From positions 1-64,000 of the IMG/VR virus record IMGVR_UViG_3300036780_000171: 64,000 nucleotides of DNA. The stretch is one strand, 5' to 3'. The position numbers and the translations under genes were made by a program. Under the pieces are notes generated by a model. It was not told where the DNA came from. It did no database searches and saw only the letters and a program-made list of their open reading frames with translations. This document shows, one piece after another, positions 55,619-64,000 of the stretch. The DNA comes from a virus. The first letter of the stretch is position 1, and every line of letters begins with the position of its first letter.

Positions 55619-56203
55619 ATGTCAGATACGGTAAAGCTAGTAAAAGGGCAAAACGTAGAATTGAGCAAGGTTGCTCCGGGCATGACCAAGGCCATTGTTG
55701 GCTTGGGTTGGGATGAATTGCAAGGTTCAGAAACGGCCGACCTTGACGCGATGGCCTTTCTTTTGAAGACCGATGGCAAGGTTCGTAGTGACAAAGATTT
55801 TGTCTACTACAATAACCTCGATGGTGCTGCTCCTGCGGTTAAACACAGTGGCGACGACTTGACGGGCGGAAGTAGCGAGCATGGCGACGATGAGCAAATT
55901 CAAGTCGACCTATCAGCTATTCCAAGTGATGTTGAAAGCATCAAGTTTTTGGTTGACATTTACCAAGCTGCCGAAAAAGGTCAGAATTTTGGTCAAGTAA
56001 AGAATGCCTATGTTCGGTTAGTCGATGCAGCAACAAATCAGGAAGTAGTACGCTACGACCTGACGGAAGACTATAGCGGCAACACCGATGTCATGGTTGC
56101 CGAACTCTATCGCCACGATGGCACATGGAAATTTAAGGCCATAGGCGAAGGCTCGACTAAAGGCTCTAGCCAAATTGCGAAAGACCTTGGTGTTAACACA
56201 TAG
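55619..56203 (+). CDS. terD: TerD family stress protein
   Basis: GLGWD, DLDA, FVYYNN, QNFGQVKNAY, ELYR...WKFKAIG. Confidence 0.9.
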   Translation: MSDTVKLVKGQNVELSKVAPGMTKAIVGLGWDELQGSETADLDAMAFLLKTDGKVRSDKDFVYYNNLDGAAPAVKHSGDDLTGGSSEHGDDEQIQVDLSAIPSDVESIKFLVDIYQAAEKGQNFGQVKNAYVRLVDAATNQEVVRYDLTEDYSGNTDVMVAELYRHDGTWKFKAIGEGSTKGSSQIAKDLGVNT

Positions 56204-56630
56204 TGATGTCCTTCCAGTCACATTCACTAAAAAAGTAGATTTTATTTCTAGTGAATGTTGGCTTTGGAAGGCCGGACTAACAAGTGCCGGCTATGGTAAC
56301 TTCAGATTCGATAAAATATACTACTTAGCGCATAGATTTTCATACTTAGTATTAGTGGGCAAGTTAAAACCAGCCGATATTCTCGACCATAAATGCCATA
56401 ACGAAGATAAGTATTGTAAAGGTGGTAAAAGCTGTCGGCATCGAAGATGTGTAAATCCTAGTCACTTAGAGATTACTACACAAAGAACCAATGTCTTAAA
56501 CGGCAAAGGTATAGCAGCAGTCAATAGTAAGAAAATCTATTGTAAAAGAGGTCATTTATTTGACAATGAGAATACTCGTTATCAAAACGGTAGAAGACAT
56601 TGTCGCAAATGTAATAAATTAAGGAGTTAA
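56175..56630 (+). CDS. HNH endonuclease
   Basis: CWLW, AHRFSY, LDHKC, CVNPSHL, CKRGH. Confidence 0.85.
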   Translation: MRKTLVLTHSDVLPVTFTKKVDFISSECWLWKAGLTSAGYGNFRFDKIYYLAHRFSYLVLVGKLKPADILDHKCHNEDKYCKGGKSCRHRRCVNPSHLEITTQRTNVLNGKGIAAVNSKKIYCKRGHLFDNENTRYQNGRRHCRKCNKLRS

Positions 56631-56771
56631 AATGTTAGAACTAATAATAGTGCTTGCAATTTACAGTATCTTAGTGTTGTTGTTTGTTCCGCTCAAAAAA
56701 ATTGGTGAATGGCAGAGCAAAGTTCGCGGCTGGGAAAAGAAAGTTAAAGACAAGCTCGACGAGTAAATAGT

Positions 56772-57785
56772 ATGTTCAAACTATTTCGCATACCCCTACT
56801 TGTAAATGGGGTAGCTCTATTAATTTCGTACTTCATATGGGGTTTGCCAGCAGCAATAACCGTTGCCATTCTAACGGTTTTAGAAATTAGTTTTTCGTTC
56901 GATAACGCAGTTGTAAACGCCAAGATACTTGGCCGCATGAATGAGTATTGGCAACGCATTTTCCTGACCATAGGCGTGCTTATCGCCGTGTTTGGCATGA
57001 GATTGCTATTTCCGCTCATTGTCGTGGCTCTGGCAGCCCATATGTCGCCACTAGCCGCTTTACACTTGGCGCTACAGCATCCTGACGAATATGCCAAGCA
57101 TTTAACCTATGCACACCCTGCAATCGCAGCATTTGGCGGTACATTCCTAGCTATGCTATTTTTGGACTGGCTGCAGGAAGAACGGGAAATACAATGGCTA
57201 ACACCGATTGAAAATACCTTGTTTAAACTTGGCCGCGTTGAGAATATATCGGTCATTATCATGGCCGTGGTTTTGGCTATCATATCGTTTACGCTGGGTC
57301 ACTCGGTCATGGTGTTAACGTCAGGCATACTTGGCTTGGCAACATACTTGGCTGTCAACAGCCTAAGCAGTTTCTTTGATAAAGACACTGTTGCCCAAGT
57401 CGCCAAGGCAGGACTTGCCACATTCCTATACCTTGAAGTTTTGGATGCCAGTTTTAGCTTTGATGGCGTGGTTGGCGCATTTGCCGTGACCAGTAATATC
57501 TTTTTAATTGCTATTGGTCTTGGCATTGGTGCCGCCTATATTCGAGGTTTGACCGTCTATCTGGTACGCAAAGGCACGCTAAGCGAATATGTGTACTTAG
57601 AACATGGCGCTCATTGGGCGATTGGTATTTTGGCTGCGTTGTTATTACTGACAATTAAATTCGATATTTCAGATATAATCACCGGCTTAATTGGTGTGGC
57701 GTTTATTGGTACCGCGTTTATAAATTCGATAATAGTAAAGAAAAGAGGCGATAATGCGCAAGTTATATCGGCTACTGAAAGATAG
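56772..57785 (+). CDS. DUF475/TerC-like membrane protein
   Basis: LEISFSFDNAVVNA, LEVLDASFSFDGVVGAFA, YLEHGAHWAI. Confidence 0.9.
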   Translation: MFKLFRIPLLVNGVALLISYFIWGLPAAITVAILTVLEISFSFDNAVVNAKILGRMNEYWQRIFLTIGVLIAVFGMRLLFPLIVVALAAHMSPLAALHLALQHPDEYAKHLTYAHPAIAAFGGTFLAMLFLDWLQEEREIQWLTPIENTLFKLGRVENISVIIMAVVLAIISFTLGHSVMVLTSGILGLATYLAVNSLSSFFDKDTVAQVAKAGLATFLYLEVLDASFSFDGVVGAFAVTSNIFLIAIGLGIGAAYIRGLTVYLVRKGTLSEYVYLEHGAHWAIGILAALLLLTIKFDISDIITGLIGVAFIGTAFINSIIVKKRGDNAQVISATER

Positions 57786-58047
57786 CCCTGAACTCAAAAA
57801 GGATGCAATCTTACAAGAAGATTGCGACAATGGCGACCAAGGTTTTAGTATTCTTACTAAAGAGTATCTAAAGCATAGCGACCAAGGTGGTCTAAGTTAC
57901 TCGCGTAAAACCGTCATGAATTCACCCGAATGGTTCGAGGAAGTGTTCGACTTGAGCAAGATATTCTATGTTACTAAAAGTGAGCTGGATAAAGTCAAGG
58001 AATTACTTAAAAGTCCAAACTTTAACAAGTTTGTCAAGAAAAAATGA
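57754..58047 (+). CDS. Hypothetical protein
   Basis: YRLLKD.P...PEWFEEV pattern. Confidence 0.5.
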   Translation: MRKLYRLLKDSPELKKDAILQEDCDNGDQGFSILTKEYLKHSDQGGLSYSRKTVMNSPEWFEEVFDLSKIFYVTKSELDKVKELLKSPNFNKFVKKK

Positions 58048-58442
58048 ACCTTTTGCACCATATGAAGCGCATACACCATTTGCCAAGAAAGTATATTACT
58101 ATTTTAAGGCATGGCACCGAATCAATACAGGAATTACTGATAGTGTATTTATGCACCGTGCTTCTATGTGCCACAATTTTTTCGATAACTGAACATCAAG
58201 GCGAATTTAACTCAATTTGGTGGGCTTTTGTCACGGCATTAACTATTGGCTATGGCGACTTTTACCCGCATACGGTGGTAGGAAAAATTGATGCCGTATT
58301 GTTAATGCATTTGGTCACGTTATTTATTCTGCCAATCGTCATTGCACGAATGGCTAATAAAATCGTTAAAGATAAGGATAAATTCACGCTTGAGGAACGT
58401 GAAGAAATTAAGACAATATTACGTAAATTAGATAAGAGGTAA
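58044..58442 (+). CDS. Two-TM potassium-channel-family protein
   Basis: WWAFVTALTIGYGD selectivity filter. Confidence 0.88.
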   Translation: MNLLHHMKRIHHLPRKYITILRHGTESIQELLIVYLCTVLLCATIFSITEHQGEFNSIWWAFVTALTIGYGDFYPHTVVGKIDAVLLMHLVTLFILPIVIARMANKIVKDKDKFTLEEREEIKTILRKLDKR

Positions 58443-58445
58443 GTT

Positions 58446-59219
58446 ATGTTTGGTCATCATAGTAATTCAAATTCAAAAACCGTTGCCAGAAGTGTACCGC
58501 TAGTCAAAGATAATAGCGGTGCTTCGGCGGTTAGTTTCGATAAAATAGAACAAAGCGGTGGTATTGACCTTCGTAAAAAGAGTGAAGCTGTCACTATTTC
58601 GCTACAAAAGCGTAACATTGGTGGTCTACGTGCACAAGTGGTAGTTATTCTTGACCATTCCGGTTCAATGTATGGCGACTATGCAAACCACAAGGTGCAG
58701 GATTTAGTCGAACGTTTTCTCGGTTTTGGCCTCGCAGTTGACATTGATGGAACTGTGCCGGTTATCCCATTCGACAGCGTGGTGCATAATGCTACCGAAG
58801 TTACACTCGAAAACTACCATAATGTAGTACAAGACAAAATTTGGAAGCCAAGCGGAATGGGCAGCACAAACCTGACCGACGCACTTAAAAAAGTGCGTGA
58901 TATAACTGCCAGTACCGATGCACCCATTTTCTGTGCTATTGTTACCGATGGTGAGCCAAATGATGATAACTCGGCCACGGAGCTTGTTTGCGACCTTGCC
59001 CGTTATCCCGTGTTTATTAAGTTTTTGGCAGTACAAAAAGTTTACTACCTCGAGAAACTCGATGACCTGCCAAGCAGCGAGCGTTTAGTCGATAATGTCG
59101 ATACCAAAGAATATGTAGGTAATATGTCGAGTGTAACTGATGAGCAATTTGCCGATGACCTAACCGATGAGTGGCAAAGCTGGGTCGATGCCGCTAAGCA
59201 GGTTGGTATCCTGACATAA
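58446..59219 (+). CDS. vWA-domain protein (Ter-associated)
   Basis: DHSGSM, TDG, LEKLDD...R.VDN. Confidence 0.85.
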   Translation: MFGHHSNSNSKTVARSVPLVKDNSGASAVSFDKIEQSGGIDLRKKSEAVTISLQKRNIGGLRAQVVVILDHSGSMYGDYANHKVQDLVERFLGFGLAVDIDGTVPVIPFDSVVHNATEVTLENYHNVVQDKIWKPSGMGSTNLTDALKKVRDITASTDAPIFCAIVTDGEPNDDNSATELVCDLARYPVFIKFLAVQKVYYLEKLDDLPSSERLVDNVDTKEYVGNMSSVTDEQFADDLTDEWQSWVDAAKQVGILT

Positions 59220-59259
59220 ATAGTTTGTATTCTTAATTGCGCTTGTGTATAATAAGACT

Positions 59260-59598
59260 ATGGATAAGAAAGTAAAACAAGAATACAAACCACAAGAGCC
59301 AGACCCGAGTAGCAATACACAACGTAAGAGGTCAGGGAAGCCAGCTATTACGCTGGCTTCCAAGACTAAAACGACTACAGAAACTCGCAGATATATTGTT
59401 CGGCTCGGCCGTTTGACCGCTACGTTTGAAGTTACCCATGATGCCAAAATGACATTTTTTGACGGTCCAAAATCCAAGCAAATCAAGGAGTACCATTTTG
59501 AATTAAGCGACCCTCTAGTAGTTAAGAAAGTTTCGGCACTAATTACAGAATGTGCCAAGGTCGCATTAAAAGCTGTCAAGGAAATGAAGCATGACTAG
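59260..59598 (+). CDS. Hypothetical protein
   Basis: Leaderless TTGTAT-17-TATAAT-6 nt-ATG. Confidence 0.5.
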   Translation: MDKKVKQEYKPQEPDPSSNTQRKRSGKPAITLASKTKTTTETRRYIVRLGRLTATFEVTHDAKMTFFDGPKSKQIKEYHFELSDPLVVKKVSALITECAKVALKAVKEMKHD

Positions 59599-60034
59599 AT
59601 ATGGGCCGGACTGCTTTTGTGGTTCACGAACTATTTACCAAGATAGCAAAGAATACTATCATGGCACCAGCTATGGCATGCGCTATATTTGTGAGCGCTG
59701 GCCTGAATGCCTTGGTTCGGTCGGTGCTCATCCCGATGGCCAGCCACTAGGCACTGTGCCAGACCCCGAAACAAAGCGACTGCGTGGCGTTTGTCATGGC
59801 ATGGTTGACGCAATTTGGCGCGACGCAAATCTGACCGCCAAAGAACAACGACAAAAGCGTGGTTCGGTATATCGTTGGCTACAAAATATTACCGGCCTAT
59901 CGCAAGGAGAATGTCATATTGGAAAATTTAATGCCGAGCAATGCCGCTTTCTAATTAAGTGTATTAAAGCCGTGCCGTATGAACAGAGACATGAACTACT
60001 GCCAAATCTTTATACGGGCAGAAAAATAGCATGA
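59591..60034 (+). CDS. DUF3268-like zinc-finger protein
   Basis: CFCG, C...C..VGAH...PLGT, CHIG.F. Confidence 0.75.
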   Translation: MTRYGPDCFCGSRTIYQDSKEYYHGTSYGMRYICERWPECLGSVGAHPDGQPLGTVPDPETKRLRGVCHGMVDAIWRDANLTAKEQRQKRGSVYRWLQNITGLSQGECHIGKFNAEQCRFLIKCIKAVPYEQRHELLPNLYTGRKIA

Positions 60035-60224
60035 CAAGAAATTCGGTATATTTTGCTTTGCTGATTTTTATAATTAATATACCTTTAGCATTTATGCTTT
60101 TATTCGGCGGTCTTGCAATGGCCGCCATAGTGGTAATAACTACTGGAACACTCATAATATGGGCAATCGCACTTGGCATAATCTCGTTGTAATAGTTCTA
60201 AGCTCGTGCAATAATTACTCCAGC

Positions 60225-61178
60225 ATGAGAATAACATTCTTGGGAAATTTTCAAGTTCCCTTTAGTAGCGAAACACACCATAAAATAAGTCTCGAATCAC
60301 TTGGTCACTATGTTATACCGTTGCAGGAAACCCAAGCCGGCAGCGAGCAGATAATGCGTGAAGCCTTGCAGTCAGATATATTCGTTTGGGTGCATACGCA
60401 TGGCTGGAATACCCCGGGTGAGCGCAGCATGGCTTCCGTGCTTAATATTTTGCGTGATAAGAGCATACCAACCCTCACCTACCATCTTGACCTTTGGTTC
60501 GGCTTAAATCGTCAAGCCGAACTGGAAGCCGATGATATTTACAAGCATATCCAGCACTTTTTTACGGTCGATAAAAAGATGGCCGACTGGTTTAACGAAA
60601 ATGGCAATGGTGTTCAAGGTCACTATCTACCAGCCGGTGTGCTTGGGCAGGAATGCTTTATCGACGAAAATATCCAAAAGGTGAACGACGTGGTATTTGT
60701 TGGCTCACGAAATTATCATCCCGAATGGCCGTATCGTCCGACATTAGTAAATTGGCTGCAGCAGACTTATGGAAACCGCTTTATACACGTTGGCGGTGAT
60801 GGCATTGGTATAGTACGCGGCCATGAACTAATTGGCTTATATAACGCCACTAAAGTAGCCGTGGGCGACTCATTGTGCGTTGATTTTATTTATCCGTACT
60901 ATTGGAGCGATAGAGTATACGAAACAATGGGGCGTGGCGGTTTTCTTATTATGCCATATATCAAAGGCTTAGAAGACGAGTTTAAACTATGGGGCGATGA
61001 CAAAGAACTTGTAACTTATCCTTTCGGTGATTTTGAACGACTCAAAGAAGTAATCGACCATGCCCTAGTGAATGATAAAGAACGCGAAGCCATACGGATA
61101 CGCGGGCATAACAAGGTCAAGAATAACTATACATATAAACACCGCTGGCAAACCATTCTAACGGAGATTGGAAAATGA
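60225..61178 (+). CDS. Glycosyltransferase, GT-B CgeB-like
   Basis: DVVFVGS, YWSDRVYETMGRGGF, G...V...YTY.HR. Confidence 0.82.
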   Translation: MRITFLGNFQVPFSSETHHKISLESLGHYVIPLQETQAGSEQIMREALQSDIFVWVHTHGWNTPGERSMASVLNILRDKSIPTLTYHLDLWFGLNRQAELEADDIYKHIQHFFTVDKKMADWFNENGNGVQGHYLPAGVLGQECFIDENIQKVNDVVFVGSRNYHPEWPYRPTLVNWLQQTYGNRFIHVGGDGIGIVRGHELIGLYNATKVAVGDSLCVDFIYPYYWSDRVYETMGRGGFLIMPYIKGLEDEFKLWGDDKELVTYPFGDFERLKEVIDHALVNDKEREAIRIRGHNKVKNNYTYKHRWQTILTEIGK

Positions 61179-61876
61179 GAACAATTATTAATGGTCGATA
61201 CTATTTAGAGCTACCTGAATTTAGAGCTAAGTTCTGGCACAATAGCCCCGATTGGGAAAAAGAACGCATCGAAGCCATGAGCAACGTGGTCAAGCGCGGG
61301 CAAACGGTTATTGACGTCGGCGCGGAAGTGGGCGACATTACGGCGTTGCTGGCAACATGGGTAGGTGACACGGGAAAAGTTATTGCCATGGAGCCAGTTG
61401 AACGTACATGGCCGTTAATACGCCGTATCTTCAAACTTAATAATTTACCCGCGCCGGTTAGCTTTGTCGGTTTTGCAGCCAATGAAACCAAAAACTATTC
61501 TGGTATTCCACGGGCAGGCTGGCCTGAATGTGCCTATGGTCAGATAATGGAAGAGCCAGGGTTCCAGTTCCTTGATGAACGCTGGGATTTACCGGCCATA
61601 AAAATTGACGACTTGTATGTTCAGCCGCAGATGATTACCATTGATACCGAAGGCTCGGAATTTGAAGTCATAAAAGGCGCGACCAGAACAATTAAATTAT
61701 GCAAGCCAGATATTTTTATTTCTATCCATCGTCAATTCATGATTGACCGCTTTCAACAAAGTGCCGACGAGTTGGTGACGTATATCGAAGATATTGGCTA
61801 CCGTTCAGACCTATTAGTTATCGACCATGAAGAACATTGGGCATTTACACCGAAAAGGGGAAAAAGTGAATCTTGA
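61175..61876 (+). CDS. FkbM-family methyltransferase
   Basis: IDVGAEVG, AMEP, IDTEGSEFEVIKGA. Confidence 0.85.
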   Translation: MRTIINGRYYLELPEFRAKFWHNSPDWEKERIEAMSNVVKRGQTVIDVGAEVGDITALLATWVGDTGKVIAMEPVERTWPLIRRIFKLNNLPAPVSFVGFAANETKNYSGIPRAGWPECAYGQIMEEPGFQFLDERWDLPAIKIDDLYVQPQMITIDTEGSEFEVIKGATRTIKLCKPDIFISIHRQFMIDRFQQSADELVTYIEDIGYRSDLLVIDHEEHWAFTPKRGKSES

Positions 61877-62411
61877 AGATGTTGCCCGTAAACACGGTGC
61901 CGATAAGTTTGAGCATGGCTATTGTCCTCACTATCAAGCGCATCTACCACACAGGTTAGACAAGTTTACCATGCTTGAAATTGGAGTCGCGAAAGGTGCC
62001 TCAATGTTCATGTGGCATGAGTGGTTTAAGAACGCTACCATTATCGGCATTGACAATAATCCTGATATTCTAGACATACCAAATGACGGCTTTACTTTGT
62101 TTCATAGTGATGGCACTAGACAACATGAGCAGTTGGATACGTACAAATTCGATATAGTTATTGATGATGGTTCGCATACTTCAGGAGACATAATCAAAAG
62201 CTTTAAGCTATACTGGCCGAAGCTGAATTCCGGCGGCATTTATGTAGTAGAAGACCTAGCCACTCAGTTTGACCAGTTTTGGGAAGGCCGTCCGAACGGC
62301 TCTGATGCAACTGATATAATTGCGAACATGCTTCTCAAGACTTACCGGCAGTTTGGCATAAGTGAGTTTCACGCCTATAGAGAAATTGTATTTATGAAGA
62401 AAGACCAATAA
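61866..62411 (+). CDS. Class I SAM sugar O-methyltransferase-like
   Basis: GADK..H.Y, LEIGV..GAS, DIVIDDGSH, GGIYVVED. Confidence 0.82.
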   Translation: MNLEDVARKHGADKFEHGYCPHYQAHLPHRLDKFTMLEIGVAKGASMFMWHEWFKNATIIGIDNNPDILDIPNDGFTLFHSDGTRQHEQLDTYKFDIVIDDGSHTSGDIIKSFKLYWPKLNSGGIYVVEDLATQFDQFWEGRPNGSDATDIIANMLLKTYRQFGISEFHAYREIVFMKKDQ

Positions 62412-63073
62412 TGAAGTACGCAATAGTCATGCCATTCATCTATAAGCCGTGGGCCGACGCCTGCCTGGCGTCATGCAAGCTGCCTGTCGAGAACATCTTG
62501 GCGGTCGACAATACTGTCGAAAATAGGGGTGTCGCGGCTTCCTGGAACCTTGGCATCGAGAAGATGAAAGTCCAGGATGCCGACTGGTTAATTATTTTAT
62601 CGGCAGCCATCAGATTTGGTGAAAAGGGCGGCCATGACTTTATTCAAGCTCTTGAAAATCATCCCGAGTGTGCCGTTATAGAAGCGGCTATGGGTATTGG
62701 CTGGCACTTAATAGCCTTTTCAAAGAAAGCTATTGAGTTGGCGGGCAAGTTCGATGAAAACTTTTATCCTGCTTACTACGAAGACTTAGATTATTCATGG
62801 CGGCTCAAAATGGCTTACGAAGACCTTGACCCAACGCATAATATCTCGAACAGCCCGATTTGGCATAAGGAAATAGTTGACGTAATGATTGCCGGTTTCG
62901 CCCACGGTGTGACCTTGGGTGGCGTACGAGCCGATACCACTAAACTCGTACAATACTATATTCAAAAGTGGGGTGGTGAGACTGGCCGCGAACGATTTAT
63001 GCGGCCATTTAATAATGTTGAGAATTTAATTAAGTTTTGGCCGCATAGTGAACGGGGCGGTGAGTGGATATGA
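62411..63073 (+). CDS. Glycosyltransferase family 2-like
   Basis: VDN..NRGVAASWNLG, GKFDENFYPAYYEDLDY. Confidence 0.78.
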   Translation: MKYAIVMPFIYKPWADACLASCKLPVENILAVDNTVENRGVAASWNLGIEKMKVQDADWLIILSAAIRFGEKGGHDFIQALENHPECAVIEAAMGIGWHLIAFSKKAIELAGKFDENFYPAYYEDLDYSWRLKMAYEDLDPTHNISNSPIWHKEIVDVMIAGFAHGVTLGGVRADTTKLVQYYIQKWGGETGRERFMRPFNNVENLIKFWPHSERGGEWI

Positions 63074-64000
63074 AAATTCCCTATACATTACTTGATTTTA
63101 GCGGTGAAGTAAAAACCATTGCCAGCCAGTGGGATATGGCACTCATAAAAGACTTGCTTGACTGTAAAATATGGCAACCAGCCCAAGGTTATGAGTTTTT
63201 TGAAGAAACTGATAGAAGCAAGATAGGTGAATATTCTGATGGGGCTATTACTATAATCCCCGCTAGACAGAATGCTCAATACTTGGACAAAGTTCAAGAC
63301 TGGATTGAATGTCTAGGCTGGACAGTGTTAATTATCGTAGGTGATGAGGAGCGCAGTTTTGATTACACAAAGCTGAAGCATCCTAACATGAAAGTCTGGC
63401 TCATGCAGCCAAAGCTTGACGACAAGGCCGACTTCTTTATTGGTTCAGGCTATGCACCATTTACCAGGGAACTCATCGCACAAAACAAGCCATTTTACAT
63501 GGATAAACTTGGCGACTGGTTTTTTGCAGGACAAGTTAACCATCCACGTCGTAAGCAGGCAGTTGATATCTTAAAGCAAATAGAAGAACGCGAAAGCTTG
63601 AGCGGAAAGCTGGTTGAGACAAATGGTTTTACACAAGGCCTAACCCACGATACATACTGTGCTTTATTAGCAAACAATAAAGCCGTGCCATGTCCAAGCG
63701 GAATCCAGTCGCCGGATAGTTTTAGGGTTTACGAAGCACTAGAAGCAGGAGCCGTACCGATTGCCGATGATATTAGCACCGTACTTATCCATGAATCCGG
63801 CTATTGGCGAAAAGTTTTTAATGGTGAAGATGTGCCATTTAAGATTCTTGACGACTATGCCAACCTTGAAGGTTATATACTCGATATACAGCGCGAGTAC
63901 CCGGCTTATAGCAACAAGGTTTTTGCCTGGTGGGTTGGATATAAGCGACGCATGGCCTATGTACTTAATGAACAAGTCCACGAGCTATCTGGTATCGAAT
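63070..64000 (+). CDS. Exostosin/GT47-like glycosyltransferase (partial, runs off window)
   Basis: Hand translation: WFFAGQ...R, PCPSG...DSFRVYEALEAGAVPI. Confidence 0.7.
   Translation, partial: MKIPYTLLDFSGEVKTIASQWDMALIKDLLDCKIWQPAQGYEFFEETDRSKIGEYSDGAITIIPARQNAQYLDKVQDWIECLGWTVLIIVGDEERSFDYTKLKHPNMKVWLMQPKLDDKADFFIGSGYAPFTRELIAQNKPFYMDKLGDWFFAGQVNHPRRKQAVDILKQIEERESLSGKLVETNGFTQGLTHDTYCALLANNKAVPCPSGIQSPDSFRVYEALEAGAVPIADDISTVLIHESGYWRKVFNGEDVPFKILDDYANLEGYILDIQREYPAYSNKVFAWWVGYKRRMAYVLNEQVHELSGIE

Noticed and set aside
1-64000. Stop-codon reassignment or suppressor tRNA
   Set aside because: Conserved genes are full length in code 11 and end in TAA, TAG or TGA. No CTA, TTA or TCA anticodon was found; Leu-TAG, Leu-TAA and Ser-TGA are ordinary anticodons.

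Overview
This window is part of a tailed dsDNA phage genome (standard genetic code). No integrase or flanking host genes are visible. The host is possibly Saccharibacteria/CPR, which is a weak inference. The minus strand (about 2.5-45.7 kb) carries the HK97-type head module (terminase, portal-gpF fusion, prohead protease, major capsid), tailspike-like and repeat-rich virion proteins with interleaved glycan enzymes, a 7-deazaguanine DNA-modification cluster (queD, queE, HNH-folE, queC, dpdA-like, parB-like) and many small accessory genes. The plus strand (46-64 kb) carries a replication initiator with a candidate internal origin, Rad52/YqaJ/UvsY-like recombination genes, a Ter stress cluster and a glycosyl/methyltransferase cluster. 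About a dozen free-standing homing-type endonucleases are scattered throughout. The most striking feature lies between terminase and portal: two convergent arrays of 7 tRNAs each. Each array is preceded by a sigma70-type promoter, a short leaderless leader-peptide ORF and a mutually exclusive antiterminator/terminator pair. Leader 1 contains a cognate codon for every one of the seven downstream anticodons. This looks like ribosome-mediated attenuation that turns phage tRNAs on when the matching host tRNAs are depleted. Other notable signals are DnaA boxes fixed 4-5 nt upstream of several promoters, pervasive leaderless genes, two candidate structured ncRNAs and an RNA-level control element before the replication initiator. 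All calls were made by eye, without database searches.
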